Both the position numbers and the translations under genes were made by a program. A stretch of DNA of 64,000 nucleotides from Trichinella spiralis (lineage: Eukaryota). The notes beneath the pieces are model-generated. The model made no database searches. It saw nothing but the letters and a program-made list of their open reading frames with translations, and was not told where the DNA came from. Below are positions 1 through 12,622 of this stretch, in pieces; the stretch's first letter is position 1; every line of letters begins with the position of its first letter. The stretch lies in assembly GCF_000181795.1 (NCBI RefSeq), contig NW_003526941.1, positions 5,929,008-5,993,007 of the forward strand. The letters are read 5' to 3'.

Positions 1-3000
1 TTTAAAATTTTCACATCCATTGTGCACATTTTAATTTCTTTTTATTATTACTAAGAGACGGTTAAAATATTTTAACATATGAAGTTAATTAACTTCGCTT
101 TCAGTTTAATGCATATAGGAGCTTAAAAATCTATGTTGCTTATGTTACTCAATTCACTTATGTTACTTTTATCTTTTCTTTGTTACACATTTATATTCTT
201 CATTTTTGTCGGACATGTTGCTCATTGCTTTTTCAATGTAATTCAATATTTTCACCATATTATGGCCACTTTTACTTTTTATCGATCAAGATGCTTTATT
301 TTGTTTTCATTTTCTTTTGATTTTTCAAAGCTTTTCTCACTTTGATTTCATTCTTTTCATTTCATTTTTTTATTTTCATTTAAAATTGTTTACATTGTTT
401 TACTGCAATTTCTCATGTCGACACAAAGATTCTTCATTACAAAGACGCAATTGATAAATGTTGTTACAACTCTTACAGACGTAACAAAAGCCCAATGCTC
501 CATTATTTCTCATTGATGACGGCCATGTAGGGTTAGTTAACAGGGGGAAAATATCATGTTTGCCATTAATAGTAGCAGCCAGTGATATTAAATAGATTTT
601 TGAACGACAATCAAATTCAAATTAAAGTTTAAAAATTAAATTCGCATAACACAATTAAGTAAAATAAAACCGTTTGTAAAAAGTAAGAAAAAAAATACTA
701 TTTTCACCTTTTTTAATGCAAACCAAGAACAGAACACGATGAGCATACGATTAATGATGAAGCACTGGATCATAAATAACAAATGCAGTTGCAGGGACAA
801 TTCAATTGCCGAGAAAATAGAAAGCTTTCTATTACATCTAATATCTAATCAAATAAAATCTATCTATATCTTTAAAAATATCTAAATAATCAGTGTACAT
901 GGCATGTAATTTTCACGCATATTTTCTATATCGTCATCAGTTGTGCAAACTTATTTAAACGTATTTTTTCAGTCATTTATGAATTACTGATTATTCAACG
1001 TGCACTGTTTTTCTCAACGACTCAGCAGTAGCGACAAGGATAACAAGTAAATACTCTATTTCAGAATTTATTTCAAATTGATCTGTTTTAGGGGATTCAG
1101 AAATTCAGCTTGAAACAAAATAACTAACAAATCCATAAACAATTATACACAAACATTCATTTAAATCAAAGTAAAACAACAGAAAAAATGAAAAGGTATT
1201 TAGATTAACGAAGATCAAGAAGTTTCCAATAAGCATTCATGAATCAAAAGGGTCACTGTTCCACATTCTACATACAATAAATACTTTATTAAATTTCAAT
1301 GAAATCGTAATAACGTTTAGCACTTAGTAAAGTTTAGCATAATGTTTACATACCATTACGCTATAACTGGGCAAATATGAATTTACGTCACCAAAGGCAA
1401 GTTCATATTATTCTAATTCCTCAAGCTTGACACACTTTTCAAAGGATCATATTCATAGTTATTCATAGTCTTCATAGTAATATGTGTGAAAATCATCGGT
1501 CAAGAAACGCCATAAAGTGTCCGCTTCGATATCATCGACAGTTAAGAGGTAAGTCATTTGTACAATTGTACTAACGTTCTTCGTATGAATCCCATCCTTT
1601 CATTTTGACTAATTCTTATTTAAGACGCACATTTAATTAAAGAAATTACGTTTAAGAAATTTCAAAATTTAAGGATGCTATATGCCATAAGGAAAAATCA
1701 GGAACAAATTTCAACTCCACCATACACTTCTCTTTGCTCGTTCATTTGAAGACTTGCCATAAATTTTCACAAACCTGTTATTTTTTCATTTCATTTTGTA
1801 TACGTCATTTCTTATCATTCCGTTCAAACTAATATCGCATTTTTCTGTCATCGCCAATTTGAGAAAAGTGGCGAAAACGTTTTTGTCGAAATATCTACCT
1901 TTGTTAAATCGCGAATGATCACAATGACAAATCATAAGTGTTATGGAAAGTTTCAGCTAAAACGCAGGGTAAATTTGGAATAAATGTCCTCTAAAGTTAG
2001 GGCATTGCACCTATATTAATACATAGGAAAGATGCACATCTATAACTTCCCCCACAGGGAACTGGAATGCGTGATTTTAAGCGAACGCTACCTTTTTGAC
2101 ATTTGAGTAAACTGAGCATTCAAACTGTGCTACCATATGCAACATTTTACTTTTTTCGACAAATTAGAACGTTCTAGAAAGTCCCATGGCAAACTAACAC
2201 GAACTTGTTGAATAAACGGTATCTAAAATTTGCATGCGCCTATCTTAATACACGGGATAGCAGCCCATTTGGAACTCTCTTGCAACGGCTCCAGGATGGT
2301 TGAATTTTGGTATAGGAAACGTTCTTTGCATTATCGTGAGATATTCGTTGAAATTGCCAGGTCTTGTGCAATATTTCTTTGTTTAGGGCAAGTCGATTTT
2401 TCTTCATTTTCCGTCCATTTGAAATAAATTTATAGAAATTGTTTCAGGACGGTTACAAATGACCATAAAATCTTCCACTTATTAGTTTCCTATTAGTTTA
2501 TTTCATTTATTCGACCAGTAGAATTGAATTATTCAATCTGTAGCTGTCACCATTTATTAATACCTGAGTGTCCATCTTATGACTGGAATATGTTTGATTT
2601 CATGAAATAACAATCATTTCATTGATTTCTATGCTCTTCATGATCCTAATTATTCATGGAGCTTCTCCACGATACCAAGATTGCAGCTGTTTGAATCAGT
2701 TTTCGCCCAGGTCATTACACTCAATTGATGCTTATGCAAATGAATTTGAATGTTATTTTTGTCAAAATGATTGATAAAAAATGGTGAAAATAAAATAAAA
2801 TAAAATAACAAAGTTGACAAACTAATTCACCCATGCAAGGCATTTATTCTAATCTTTCTAGATATATATGTATATAAGCTCAGTAGAACAATGGCCTCCC
2901 TCTAGGGAACACAAATGTATTACAGAATTCTTCCTTCATATATGGGAACAGTATTGTACAATTATTTATTACAGAAACTAACAATAATACTCAATTGATT

Positions 3001-3079
3001 ATTTAATGAGATATTTGACAAAATTTCTTGTTAGCAAAGGTGTCATTTACAGAAGGAAAGAATGCATGATTCCATGAAA

Positions 3080-3089
3080 NNNNNNNNNN
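3080..3089. other. Assembly gap (10 N)
   Basis: Run of N in the sequence, directly abutting a tandem repeat. Confidence 0.99.
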
Positions 3090-3247
3090 ACACTACTTAC
3101 CTTCACACTTATACTTACCTTCTCCCTATACACTACTTACCTTCACACTTATACTTACCTTCACATTTATATTTACTTAAACACATATTCTTACCTTACT
3201 TATCCTTAACTATTAGACTACTTACCTTGTCTTTTTAGTACTTACAG
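3090..3247. repeat. Tandem repeat (40-bp unit made of ~18-22-bp subunits) built on ACTTACCT
   Basis: Unit ACACTACTTACCTTCACACTTATACTTACCTTC starts at 3090 and 3130, followed by degenerate copies. ACTTACCT occurs at 3095, 3113, 3135, 3153 and 3220. Confidence 0.9.
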
Positions 3248-4002
3248 ATTTTTGTACATCTTTTCAATCCATTCAGGGAAACCTGAACCACCATTAGAGA
3301 AAGATATTCAAGCATTTCAACAGTTATGCGCTGAAATTTTCAAGTAAACATTCTTAGCATGTGATAAGCAACACCGCAGTGTGGATGCTATCACTCATCA
3401 ATAAAAAACAAAATCTCTACTTACAAAATACTGAAACTCACCTACTCACATAATACTCTACAAAAATACTCACCTAACGCACTGATGGCAACACGCACTA
3501 CCAGACATGTATGATGTATCTGAAAAGCAGTGTAAATCGACTATATTCACGATGTATGCTACTATTACAATCATTATTTAATTACATCGTACTCCTGTGA
3601 TAAGCGAAGCCACAGATTTCTGGACCAATACTGGCTAACGCCATTAAGCCAACGTAAACCAACGCAGGAGTATGAACGTATATCTGCTCGATGTTGATGA
3701 TGTAATCCATTCCTATAATGGGCAAAATGTGTACTTATTTTTGTGATGGCACATTTAAAACGCATTGAGGTAAAGGTGACATACCATGTTGGCAAGAGCA
3801 ACAGGAATGCCAAAACGTTTCAATTATGTTGACGTACACTACTTAATTCGATAACAAGAAACATACAGGATCAGGTATAAGTAGAATTAGAAGACATTAA
3901 TTATAGTAACAGATTATAGATACTCAATTACTTACAGATTTTTGTACATCTTTTCAATCCATTCAGGGAAACCTGAACCACCATTACAGAAAGATATTCA
4001 AG
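3239..4002. repeat. Dispersed ~74-bp direct repeat (copies at ~3239-3312 and ~3929-4002)
   Basis: TACTTACAGATTTTTGTACATCTTTTCAATCCATTCAGGGAAACCTGAACCACCATTA(G/C)AGAAAGATATTCAAG is present twice with one mismatch. Confidence 0.95.
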
Positions 4003-7000
4003 TTTATAGAATAGTTCCACTGCACTGACACAACCCATTGCTATAACAAAGTGCATAAAATTCATTCTTACTGTGACGATGAAGAAAACCAGAAAGCGGA
4101 ACTGTTGAGACACATGACTGATCACGGTAGAAACATGAACAGAGCAATAGTCAAACTAAAAAGTACATACTAAATAACACAGCAAAATAAAACATTGCAT
4201 TACAAAATGAATGAAATTCAAATATCATCGTGATGCACTGTTATTCGGCTTCAATCACTTTTTATAATATGGCTGTTTCTCATAAGTATCATTTCAACCG
4301 CTATCCTGAGTTCATATAAAACGCACGCAACCTAATATATAGAACAGAAATAAATAAAGTTGCATTATGTCCTTGATGATATACCAATGAAGACAATTCA
4401 AAAAAATAAAGAAAGTTGAAATTATTTAATAAGTAGTGTCATGTAAACAGAATATTTTTTACCCACACTCTTTCCAGATATTGCGTTGTATTATCTTGTA
4501 CATCTAAAAAGCAATATTTCTAACGTAAAATTCAAATATCAAATTTACAAAAATCAAAGGCAACCAATCTACAATATTACTTACATTGCGTTCACGTACG
4601 AATACAACAATAAGAGACGTGCTGCTGATGGCGTTGCAAACTTACAATCTAAATATCTCGCAAATAATCATTTTGCGCCGCTGCTTGTTGGCCATCATTT
4701 TTATTGAAATTTCACGGGAATAAACAAGATTGCAAATCAACAGCAGATGAAAATAATTATGCTGCATACTGCCATCATGTTCTCATGATAGGATTTTTTA
4801 TATTCATTGATATTAAAATACAGTAATGTAAATTCTAAAAGTGAATTATATTAATGCAGTCATCTCTAAATAAAAACAGAAATAAATACTTCTTCGTCTT
4901 CAGCATCTGATGTACCTGAAAGTTAGCAATAATAACAACAGAAAAGAAACCCGTCAGTTTCCATTCACCATATAAGTAAAGTAACATGCATAGCATTCCA
5001 CCACCAAAATATCAAATCCAACTTACCAGTTATTCATGGATGGTGTTGAAGAGCGGAATTATAGTTGACCACGTGCTAGATTGATAGCATTGTAGTGAAC
5101 TGCAAAACCTAATAAAATCGATGTGCTTGGTCAATAGTATAATAAGTAAATTATGCAAATGACTATTTACTTTGCTTCACGAAGAACACCCTAATTTTCC
5201 ATCAGTAATAGCGCACTAAAATAAACAATATGAGGAACATTATGAAACGACACGATGAAATTTATTACGTTTCTATTTACACACTTCATATTACTACGTA
5301 ATATGGCATTGCTATGCAAATTTTTTTCCTAAAATTACCTAAAAGGAAATATTATTAACCTGAAGCATCGCAGATTACTAAAAATAAACGGAAATGCTAT
5401 CACTGCGTATTTATGCATGTTGTGTAATTTAGTTGCTTGAAAGTACAAGGTGACTCAATAATTTATATTTTATCAAAATCAAAATTGTATGGATAATAAA
5501 AAATAGCTCCCGCTGAAAATAATTTCGAAAATAAAATACGTTTTCAGATTTATGGAAAATTAAGCAGTTGTCATGAAATTTTATGATGATAACTGCGACA
5601 GAAATTTTATAATATGCAATTTGTCTCAGTACAGAATTTAACAAGTGCGCAGCGTAGACATCATGATGGTAAGCGGCTGCCCCAGTGGGTATGCAACTTG
5701 ACAGCTTATTTACTATTAAAATTTTGTTTTAACTAAACTTTTGTTTACACCTTATGATGATATATAGTAAGACTGCAAACTTGGTTGAGCACTGCATGAG
5801 CGCGCTTCATACAATTTGAGATAAACCTTCCTGCAGAAATTAAGTAACTCAACGATTTGTAATGAATTCAAAAAACTTATGCGGGTGACAATTCTGTATT
5901 GCATTTCATGAAAAAAATTAAAGAAAAGAATCACGAGTAGCCTGGATTTGGTTATATTGTCAGTCGATAACAATTATAAGAAATTAGATTTATATGAGAT
6001 AAAAACAACAAAGTGCTGTTCATTTATCTCGAAATAGGGGGTGGGCAGAATTTTCAGTTTAATGCGATCTCTGTTCAGCTTAGTATTATTAGGAGCTCAA
6101 TGATGGGGATCATTGGACAGGAAAGGAGGGCGGGACAGCATAGAAGGAAGGAATGAGGGAGAGGTTGAAGGATGGAGGAGGTGGAAGTTGTCATATGCGT
6201 CCTTCTACTCAACCTCCACGTATAATATTCAGGCGTTGTTTCATTTATCAATACTGCCGACATTGAGGGGCATTGAGTTATTTTCTCAATGACAGAAAAT
6301 AGGGGCATCTGTATAAGTCAGTGCTATTGGCGGTACAATGACATAACAAAAACTTTAAGGAGTGATTTCAAAAATGAAGGGAACGTTACTGCCATTCTGG
6401 AAGTATCAAAGGTGGTAGTATAAAAGTGTGTTCTCCAGCTAACATCAGCTTTCCTATGTCATGCTGAAACAATCTTGTGCACGATTTGAGCAGTGACAAG
6501 CATTTAGGGGTGCGATTGTTCGACTGAAGTATCCCGGTGACAGGTATTTCTTTTAAACAACTGGGCAAGTATGTTACCTTAGCAATAAACATTACAGTGG
6601 ACAGTAAAGATAATGCGGGAGGGGTTCAACTGCTATGTCAGAGTACTACTTTAGAAACGGATTTGTAAGGACTATCGAAAGTTACAGCAAAATATACCAT
6701 TAGTACTATTATGTATTGGCTTGTCCGCAATAAAGTCTCGAATATTACTTGAACATCATTACTGATGAACAACGCGCTAGTTTCCATTGAAAAAGACTAA
6801 AATCAAATAACTACGAAAAGCTTTAAAAGCGCGCATGTTTAGTGCAGTGTGCCAGGAAAAAGAAAGAAAACATTGTATGAAAAATAGAAAATATATGATA
6901 TTGTTTAGAAATTGAGTATACAAAGTTTCAAAAAAATAACAAGCAAAAAAGTGGAATACTTGTTAGTAATTCTGCAAACCGACTTCAGCAGCTACTTAAC

Positions 7001-7204
7001 GCCCGTAATGAACTGAGAGAACATTCAACGATGCTACTAATTGCCACGTAAATTAAACAAACAAACGCACTCTTACTGATGATAAAGCAGCGTTATAGCG
7101 ATCCTTATTTGCATAATGTAGCGTTAGAAATCGGTTTTTAGTGCGTCAGAACTTGTGGCTAAAGATAATGTCTAACCTAAGCCGTAATATAAGAAGAAGA
7201 AATG

Positions 7205-8394
7205 CACTGCTAAATTCTATCAATAAGAAAAGGACTATTTGAAAATTCAAAAATGACCTTGACATTTCAAATTCAGTCAAAATATAAACTATCTGACAAA
7301 AAGCGCCATAACAAAACAAGATTCACTTAGACAAAAGACACCTACGTATTTCTGATAATTTTCGTAAGCTATTAAAGCAAGTGGTTCAAATGAAGCTAAT
7401 TCTAAGTGAAAAATTTGCCGGCAAAAGCCATTGTGAATTATTCATAGAGAATATATTGAAAAAGTATGCTGAATATAGATTCTGAATTGCATTGTTAAAT
7501 GATTAAGACTTAAAAATGATAAAACTGCCACTTACTGCTAAATTCGTCATCTTCCCATCGCTAATGTTCATTGTCTTTGGATATTGGTCGAAAAATTATT
7601 TTTCAGAAATTATTCCAAAAAATAATAATTAAAAAGCATATTTAGTGTTTGGTATTTGATATTGGTTTTCAGCGAATTTTCCAATCGAAACGCACCGCTC
7701 TCATACACGGACGGCCTCAAACTAAAATTATTTCCAATATGTCAATAAAGCGAGCGACATCGCATGCAAATTTTTATTTCATTCGTTTGTGCTGATAAAT
7801 ATGGCTACTGTAATTTTTCATTGCGCTTTATTTACTTAACTAATGCACTCTGTTTGAAGAGAAAATTCAATTGTAGCTTTGCCAAACATATAAAAACTTC
7901 TCTTATTAAGGAAACTATCATATCATCTTTATTACTAAGTATAATTTAAATACTAAAAGCAATTTAAAAAAATGATACGTATGCTCATTTTATATTGAAT
8001 AATAAAATGTAATAAAACAGATAAAATAAGGATTTGAAGAAACAATTTAAATAAAGTGACAAATTAAACGAATGATGGTCATTTGAAAATTCAGATTTGA
8101 CCTTGGCATTTGAAATTCAGTCAAAATATAAACTATCTGACAGAAAATGCCATAACAAAAAAATTGGCTTAACCAAAATACGCCTCCGCATGTCTTAAGT
8201 AGGGATTTGAAAATTCAAAAATGACCTACATAAATGGAACTCAGACGATAAACTATAAACATACAAAAGCTAACTGTTGTTAGGTTAACTTATAAAAAAA
8301 ACACTTTTTTCATAATGATTAATCGTCATTTCAAATATATGTATATATATATATATTGGTATGAAAATGTGTAAATCGAAAAATTTGAACAGTG
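7205..8394. mobile_element. Possible degenerate non-autonomous DNA transposon with CACTG...CAGTG ends and internal ~110-bp repeats
   Basis: Imperfect terminal inverted match: CACTGCTAAATTCTATCAAT versus the reverse complement CACTGTTCAAATTTTTCGAT. The repeat TTTGAAAATTCA...TGACCTTG.CATTT.AAATTCAGTCAAAATATAAACTATCTGACA occurs at ~7238 and ~8082, with a partial copy at ~8206. No TSD found. Confidence 0.35.
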
Positions 8395-10601
8395 TTGTCA
8401 TTCCACGTCCTGCATGCTTTTTCACAGCAACTTTGAAAACGATTCCAAATACACCAACCAAACATGATCTTGAGAATGAAAAGCAGAGCTAAAATTTTAG
8501 CATAGACTTTTGTTGAACAATCTCAGCAACAGTTTCAAAAGTTTGCAATACATTTTTAAATGTTTTCTGTGGAAATAAAAAGAATTTGAAAAAAGTGTAT
8601 CGAATAAAAATAGTAAATACAGATAGATTTGAACAGCTCAGAAGCTGAACGTTCAACTACAAACTGTTCTATTCGCTGTTGTAGTCGATCATCGCAGAAG
8701 GTTCAACGACCCAGTGCATATGTGTAGGTAACGTAAAAATCGGATATTTTACTTTAAACAAGAATAAAATCTCATGTATATTTTTAAAAAAAAATTTAAA
8801 GTTTATATTAAAAATGTATGAATGAATGCGCGCATAGCTTTTCAAGTTTCATTTGATAGTTGTATAATTTTAAAATTGTTGTAATAAATCGGATAGAAAA
8901 AGATAATAAAATAACGGCACTTCTGAATAAAAGGAATCATCTTGACCGTCCCACGTAAGCAAACAGTGGAAATTTCAATTCAGAAATGCTGTATTTCTTC
9001 CATTTCAAAAATGTTCATTTTCCCAAACTTGTTCTCGTTGCATCTATTCAAAAATTTCATCTCGCATGCACCACATTACCGTAGCTTTCCATTAGATTTT
9101 TCTTTTTTCAAATATTATTATTTTTTTTAAAAGAAAGATTATTATTCCAACTTTCTACAAATCAAATGCTTAATTAAATTGGTAAAAAAATTTGAAATCA
9201 GAAATTGAAAAAATGTTGTTCAAAAATTGGAATGCTTAAACCAGAATACTTTCATTGTCAAAAAAGAACAACAAAGAACAAGACAAAGTGTAAAACCTCA
9301 GAATATGTAGGAAGTTTTACATAGGAGAATGTAAAGTCAGTCGAGTTGTTCTTCAAAGATTTTCACATTTTCCTCCCCCCATTTTCTTTTCTATTTTTCC
9401 CCCCATTTTAAAATATTCCATGCTTATGAGTAAATTCGAAATACCAGCCCACCTACGGAATTGCTTTTTAAAATTTGTAATGCAATGTTTGCGGTTTTTG
9501 AGAGGCCAAATTCAACCAACTTCCCACGAAATTGTCAACCTCTCCAAGTACATCCAGTTAATATTTGGGGAAAAAAATGCGAACAAAAATCACAAAGCAT
9601 TTCAGTAGTCGAAGTCAAGCTGCTTTGCGAACGAACAGCTTCAGTGGAAACTGTGCTGCTTTTTCTTTTTGGTGGTGGAAACGAATAATATCAATCATCT
9701 AACGATAAACGATGGTAATTTCTTTCATAATTTTTAATGAATTTTATAATTTGCCCATTGAATTACACCATCAAAACCAATACAACTGATCGAATCATCC
9801 CAATAAATAATAATTGAATTAATTGCCCCAAAAACTTATATGCTTTTCCAATCGTCAAAAGTATTACTTCATTCGTATAGATGTTAAATAATCGTATATT
9901 TCGAAAAATGCTAATTTTCAATAAAATTCTGCCAGCAAATTAATCACGCGCAATTAATGCATTACTAACCGGAACTGCCTGCATGCCCACTTTCAGTTTC
10001 TCTGCTTTTGTAAATAAATAAGGTTAACAGAAAGGATGGTAGAGAAATAGTGAAAAGTCAAGAGAAGAATAATACATTTGAAATTAAACGCGGACAAAAG
10101 CGCAACATTAAAGAAAAAGCTGTCCTTATTTACCCTCTAATTAGTAAATTAGGCGTTGCATAGTTGAATAATCTGAAGATTCATGCAGATAGCATGAACA
10201 TACTGTTCGTCGGTTTTCAAAACCGGAACAAACGCGTGCGTCGTCCCATTTTAGTATCGGACAAAAATTTTAAATAATAATACCAAAAACCACCCAATAA
10301 AAGTGACTCAGATTAAAGCAAAATCGTCATAATTACCAGTATTTTCACTACACCGCAATAAGTATATATATATACGTATAGATATTTATTTATAGTAAGT
10401 AAATGTAACTGCTTGTAAGAATAATGAAGCTTGATACGTTTCGCTTATTGATGAAAAATGAATTCAAATCATACCAAATAATACATTTTCACTTATATTG
10501 ATTGTTACGCATAATTTAAAATGACACTAATTATTTGATAAGCACCGTGATTATTTTCTGAAGCAAAACTGTCTGAACTAACGTTGTCCTTTTAGATCAT
10601 T

Positions 10602-11117
10602 ATGCCTCGAACCTTTTGTATTGCAGTTGTACTTTTGCTGATCATTCTTCCGACAGAAAGTTGCGCCACAGCTGCAGCATCAATATCCCAATTACAAAAA
10701 AGGAACACCCTGATCATACATAAATGTAAGAAAACAATACCGCATCTAATTGTTTGAACTCTACACGCCATGAACAGTTAGTTACTTCTCCGAAGTTCTA
10801 TTACTACTGTAACACATTTCAATTCACAATCCTCTTTTCATATTAATTTAATGAAATATTGACAGAAATTTCACGAAAGAATTTAAATCAATTATCCACA
10901 TTATTAATATTCAGATATTTAAAAATGCGACAAATGAAACTACAGTCACGTTAATATTTCAAAGTACAACGTGTCATTGTCAACCATGAATCATACTTCT
11001 ATGATTCATGTTCAAAAAAATTCCATCGATAATCATTCTGCTGCATTTTTAGACAACAAAGATTTTCGAAGAAAATTGTACGAAGAAATAACACCAGGCT
11101 TAATGCGATTTGGTTAG
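10602..11117 (+). CDS. FMRFamide-like (FLP) neuropeptide precursor, 62 aa, 2 exons
   Basis: Exons 10602-10725 and 11053-11117 with a GT-AG intron in matching phase. Translation: MPRTFCIAVVLLLIILPTESCATAAASISQLQKRNTLIIHKYNKDFRRKLYEEITPGLMRFG*. It has a hydrophobic signal peptide, KR and RRK basic sites and a terminal RFG amidation signal. Confidence 0.8.
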
Positions 11118-12622
11118 CTATATTGACAATTGATTGAAAATAATTGTTCACTGCTGAATAGTAAAATATTGAAAATTATTAAAATTTTCAAATCTGATGC
11201 CATCACAGCGCATTCAATTTTTGAGCGATCTCAGAACAATTTTGTTTTCTAGCTTAAACATATATACTAAAATAAGCTTCAGCTGATTTATACTATCAAA
11301 ACTCAAAATAAACGGATCGATCTGAAAGAATACAGCCTCAAACCTAATGAACATTGGCTACAATTTTTCCATCATTGGAAACGGTTACTTTGATCACTTC
11401 CCAAATTGATTATTAAATAAATATGAAAATCACATTTACCTGCACAAAGTAGTCTGTCTTCATAGGCCATCAGCTGGCAGCAGCATCTCCCAAGAAAAGA
11501 CAGATGTTCCGCAGCAAACAAATCGGTATGAAGCATTGCCATGCAATAATTTTCACTTTTTCATTTCGTTTGGCGCCTTGATTGTGCTTTACTTTCCATG
11601 TTCTTCTTTATCGATGAAAACGTTCTAAATCTGCATACAAAGTGCATCATTATTAATACATACATCACAAAAAACGGTGATAACGTTTGTTCAAAATGCA
11701 CTTATTAGCGTGAAAATAATGTGAACCTGTGACCACATGACAAAAAAATCACCCCTAAATCATTGCTATATTGAACAAATATGGACGTTAACTTAAAATT
11801 AAAAAAAAACTTTTTTAGCTTGAAACTTTTCGCAAATGATGAATTCATTCATTACCACTTGATTGTTTTCAGTTTGATCGGTGTTAAAATGAAAACGATT
11901 TGCAAATTGTATTTGCAATAATCGTATGTTCGTAAAATGGAATACGTTTCTTCATTTCATTTTCCTATAAAAACGTAGAGAAAAAAAATTATAATTTCCA
12001 AAAAAAATGGAAATGAATGAAATTATCTATTTCAACCAAGTTAGTGAAGTACAATTGATACGTGTTCGCTGGTACACAACAAATACACACTACAATAATG
12101 CTACAAATAAATTTGCTTTATTTTTTGCGCAACTCTGCTTTTTTCACCTTGCAATGAAATGCACTGAAAAAGCAAATAAAAATTTATACGAAAAAAAGAA
12201 ATTCGAATTGCGAACAACAATGAAAACTGATATTTTGTTCGTAAAACACAAGTGTATATATTATATATATATACATGATATGTGTTTGTTTCAGAAATGC
12301 ACGACAACAGTGTATGCAGACGCACAGAGACGACGATCATGTCATCATCTGAATCGGATGCATTAATAGAAAGATTGTTCATTTCAGCTAGTTACGGGCC
12401 AAATATTGCGACCTTGGGTGCCTGTATTGGTGGAACTTCGTGAACCATTCCGAGCAAGCAATTTCAACGGTAACTGTTCACGAACAGGGCTTTTGTCACG
12501 GCGGTCTTCGCATACAACCTGCACCGACGTGTGCACGTTGTCAGTGCTAGCAATAAATTTAACTAAAATAAAATGAATGAAAAATTCAAAAAAAGCAAGT
12601 CCATAGATCATTTTAATATACA

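Noticed and set aside
1960..2460. Slightly GC-richer segment with two similar GC(A/G)CCTAT.TTAATACA motifs and a 65-aa ORF
   Set aside because: May be a transposon relic, but I found no termini, TSD or protein motif to support a call.
10985..11010. 11-bp-stem hairpin (CATGAATCATA-CTTC-TATGATTCATG) in the FLP intron
   Set aside because: Too short for a pre-miRNA and plausible by chance in AT-rich DNA.
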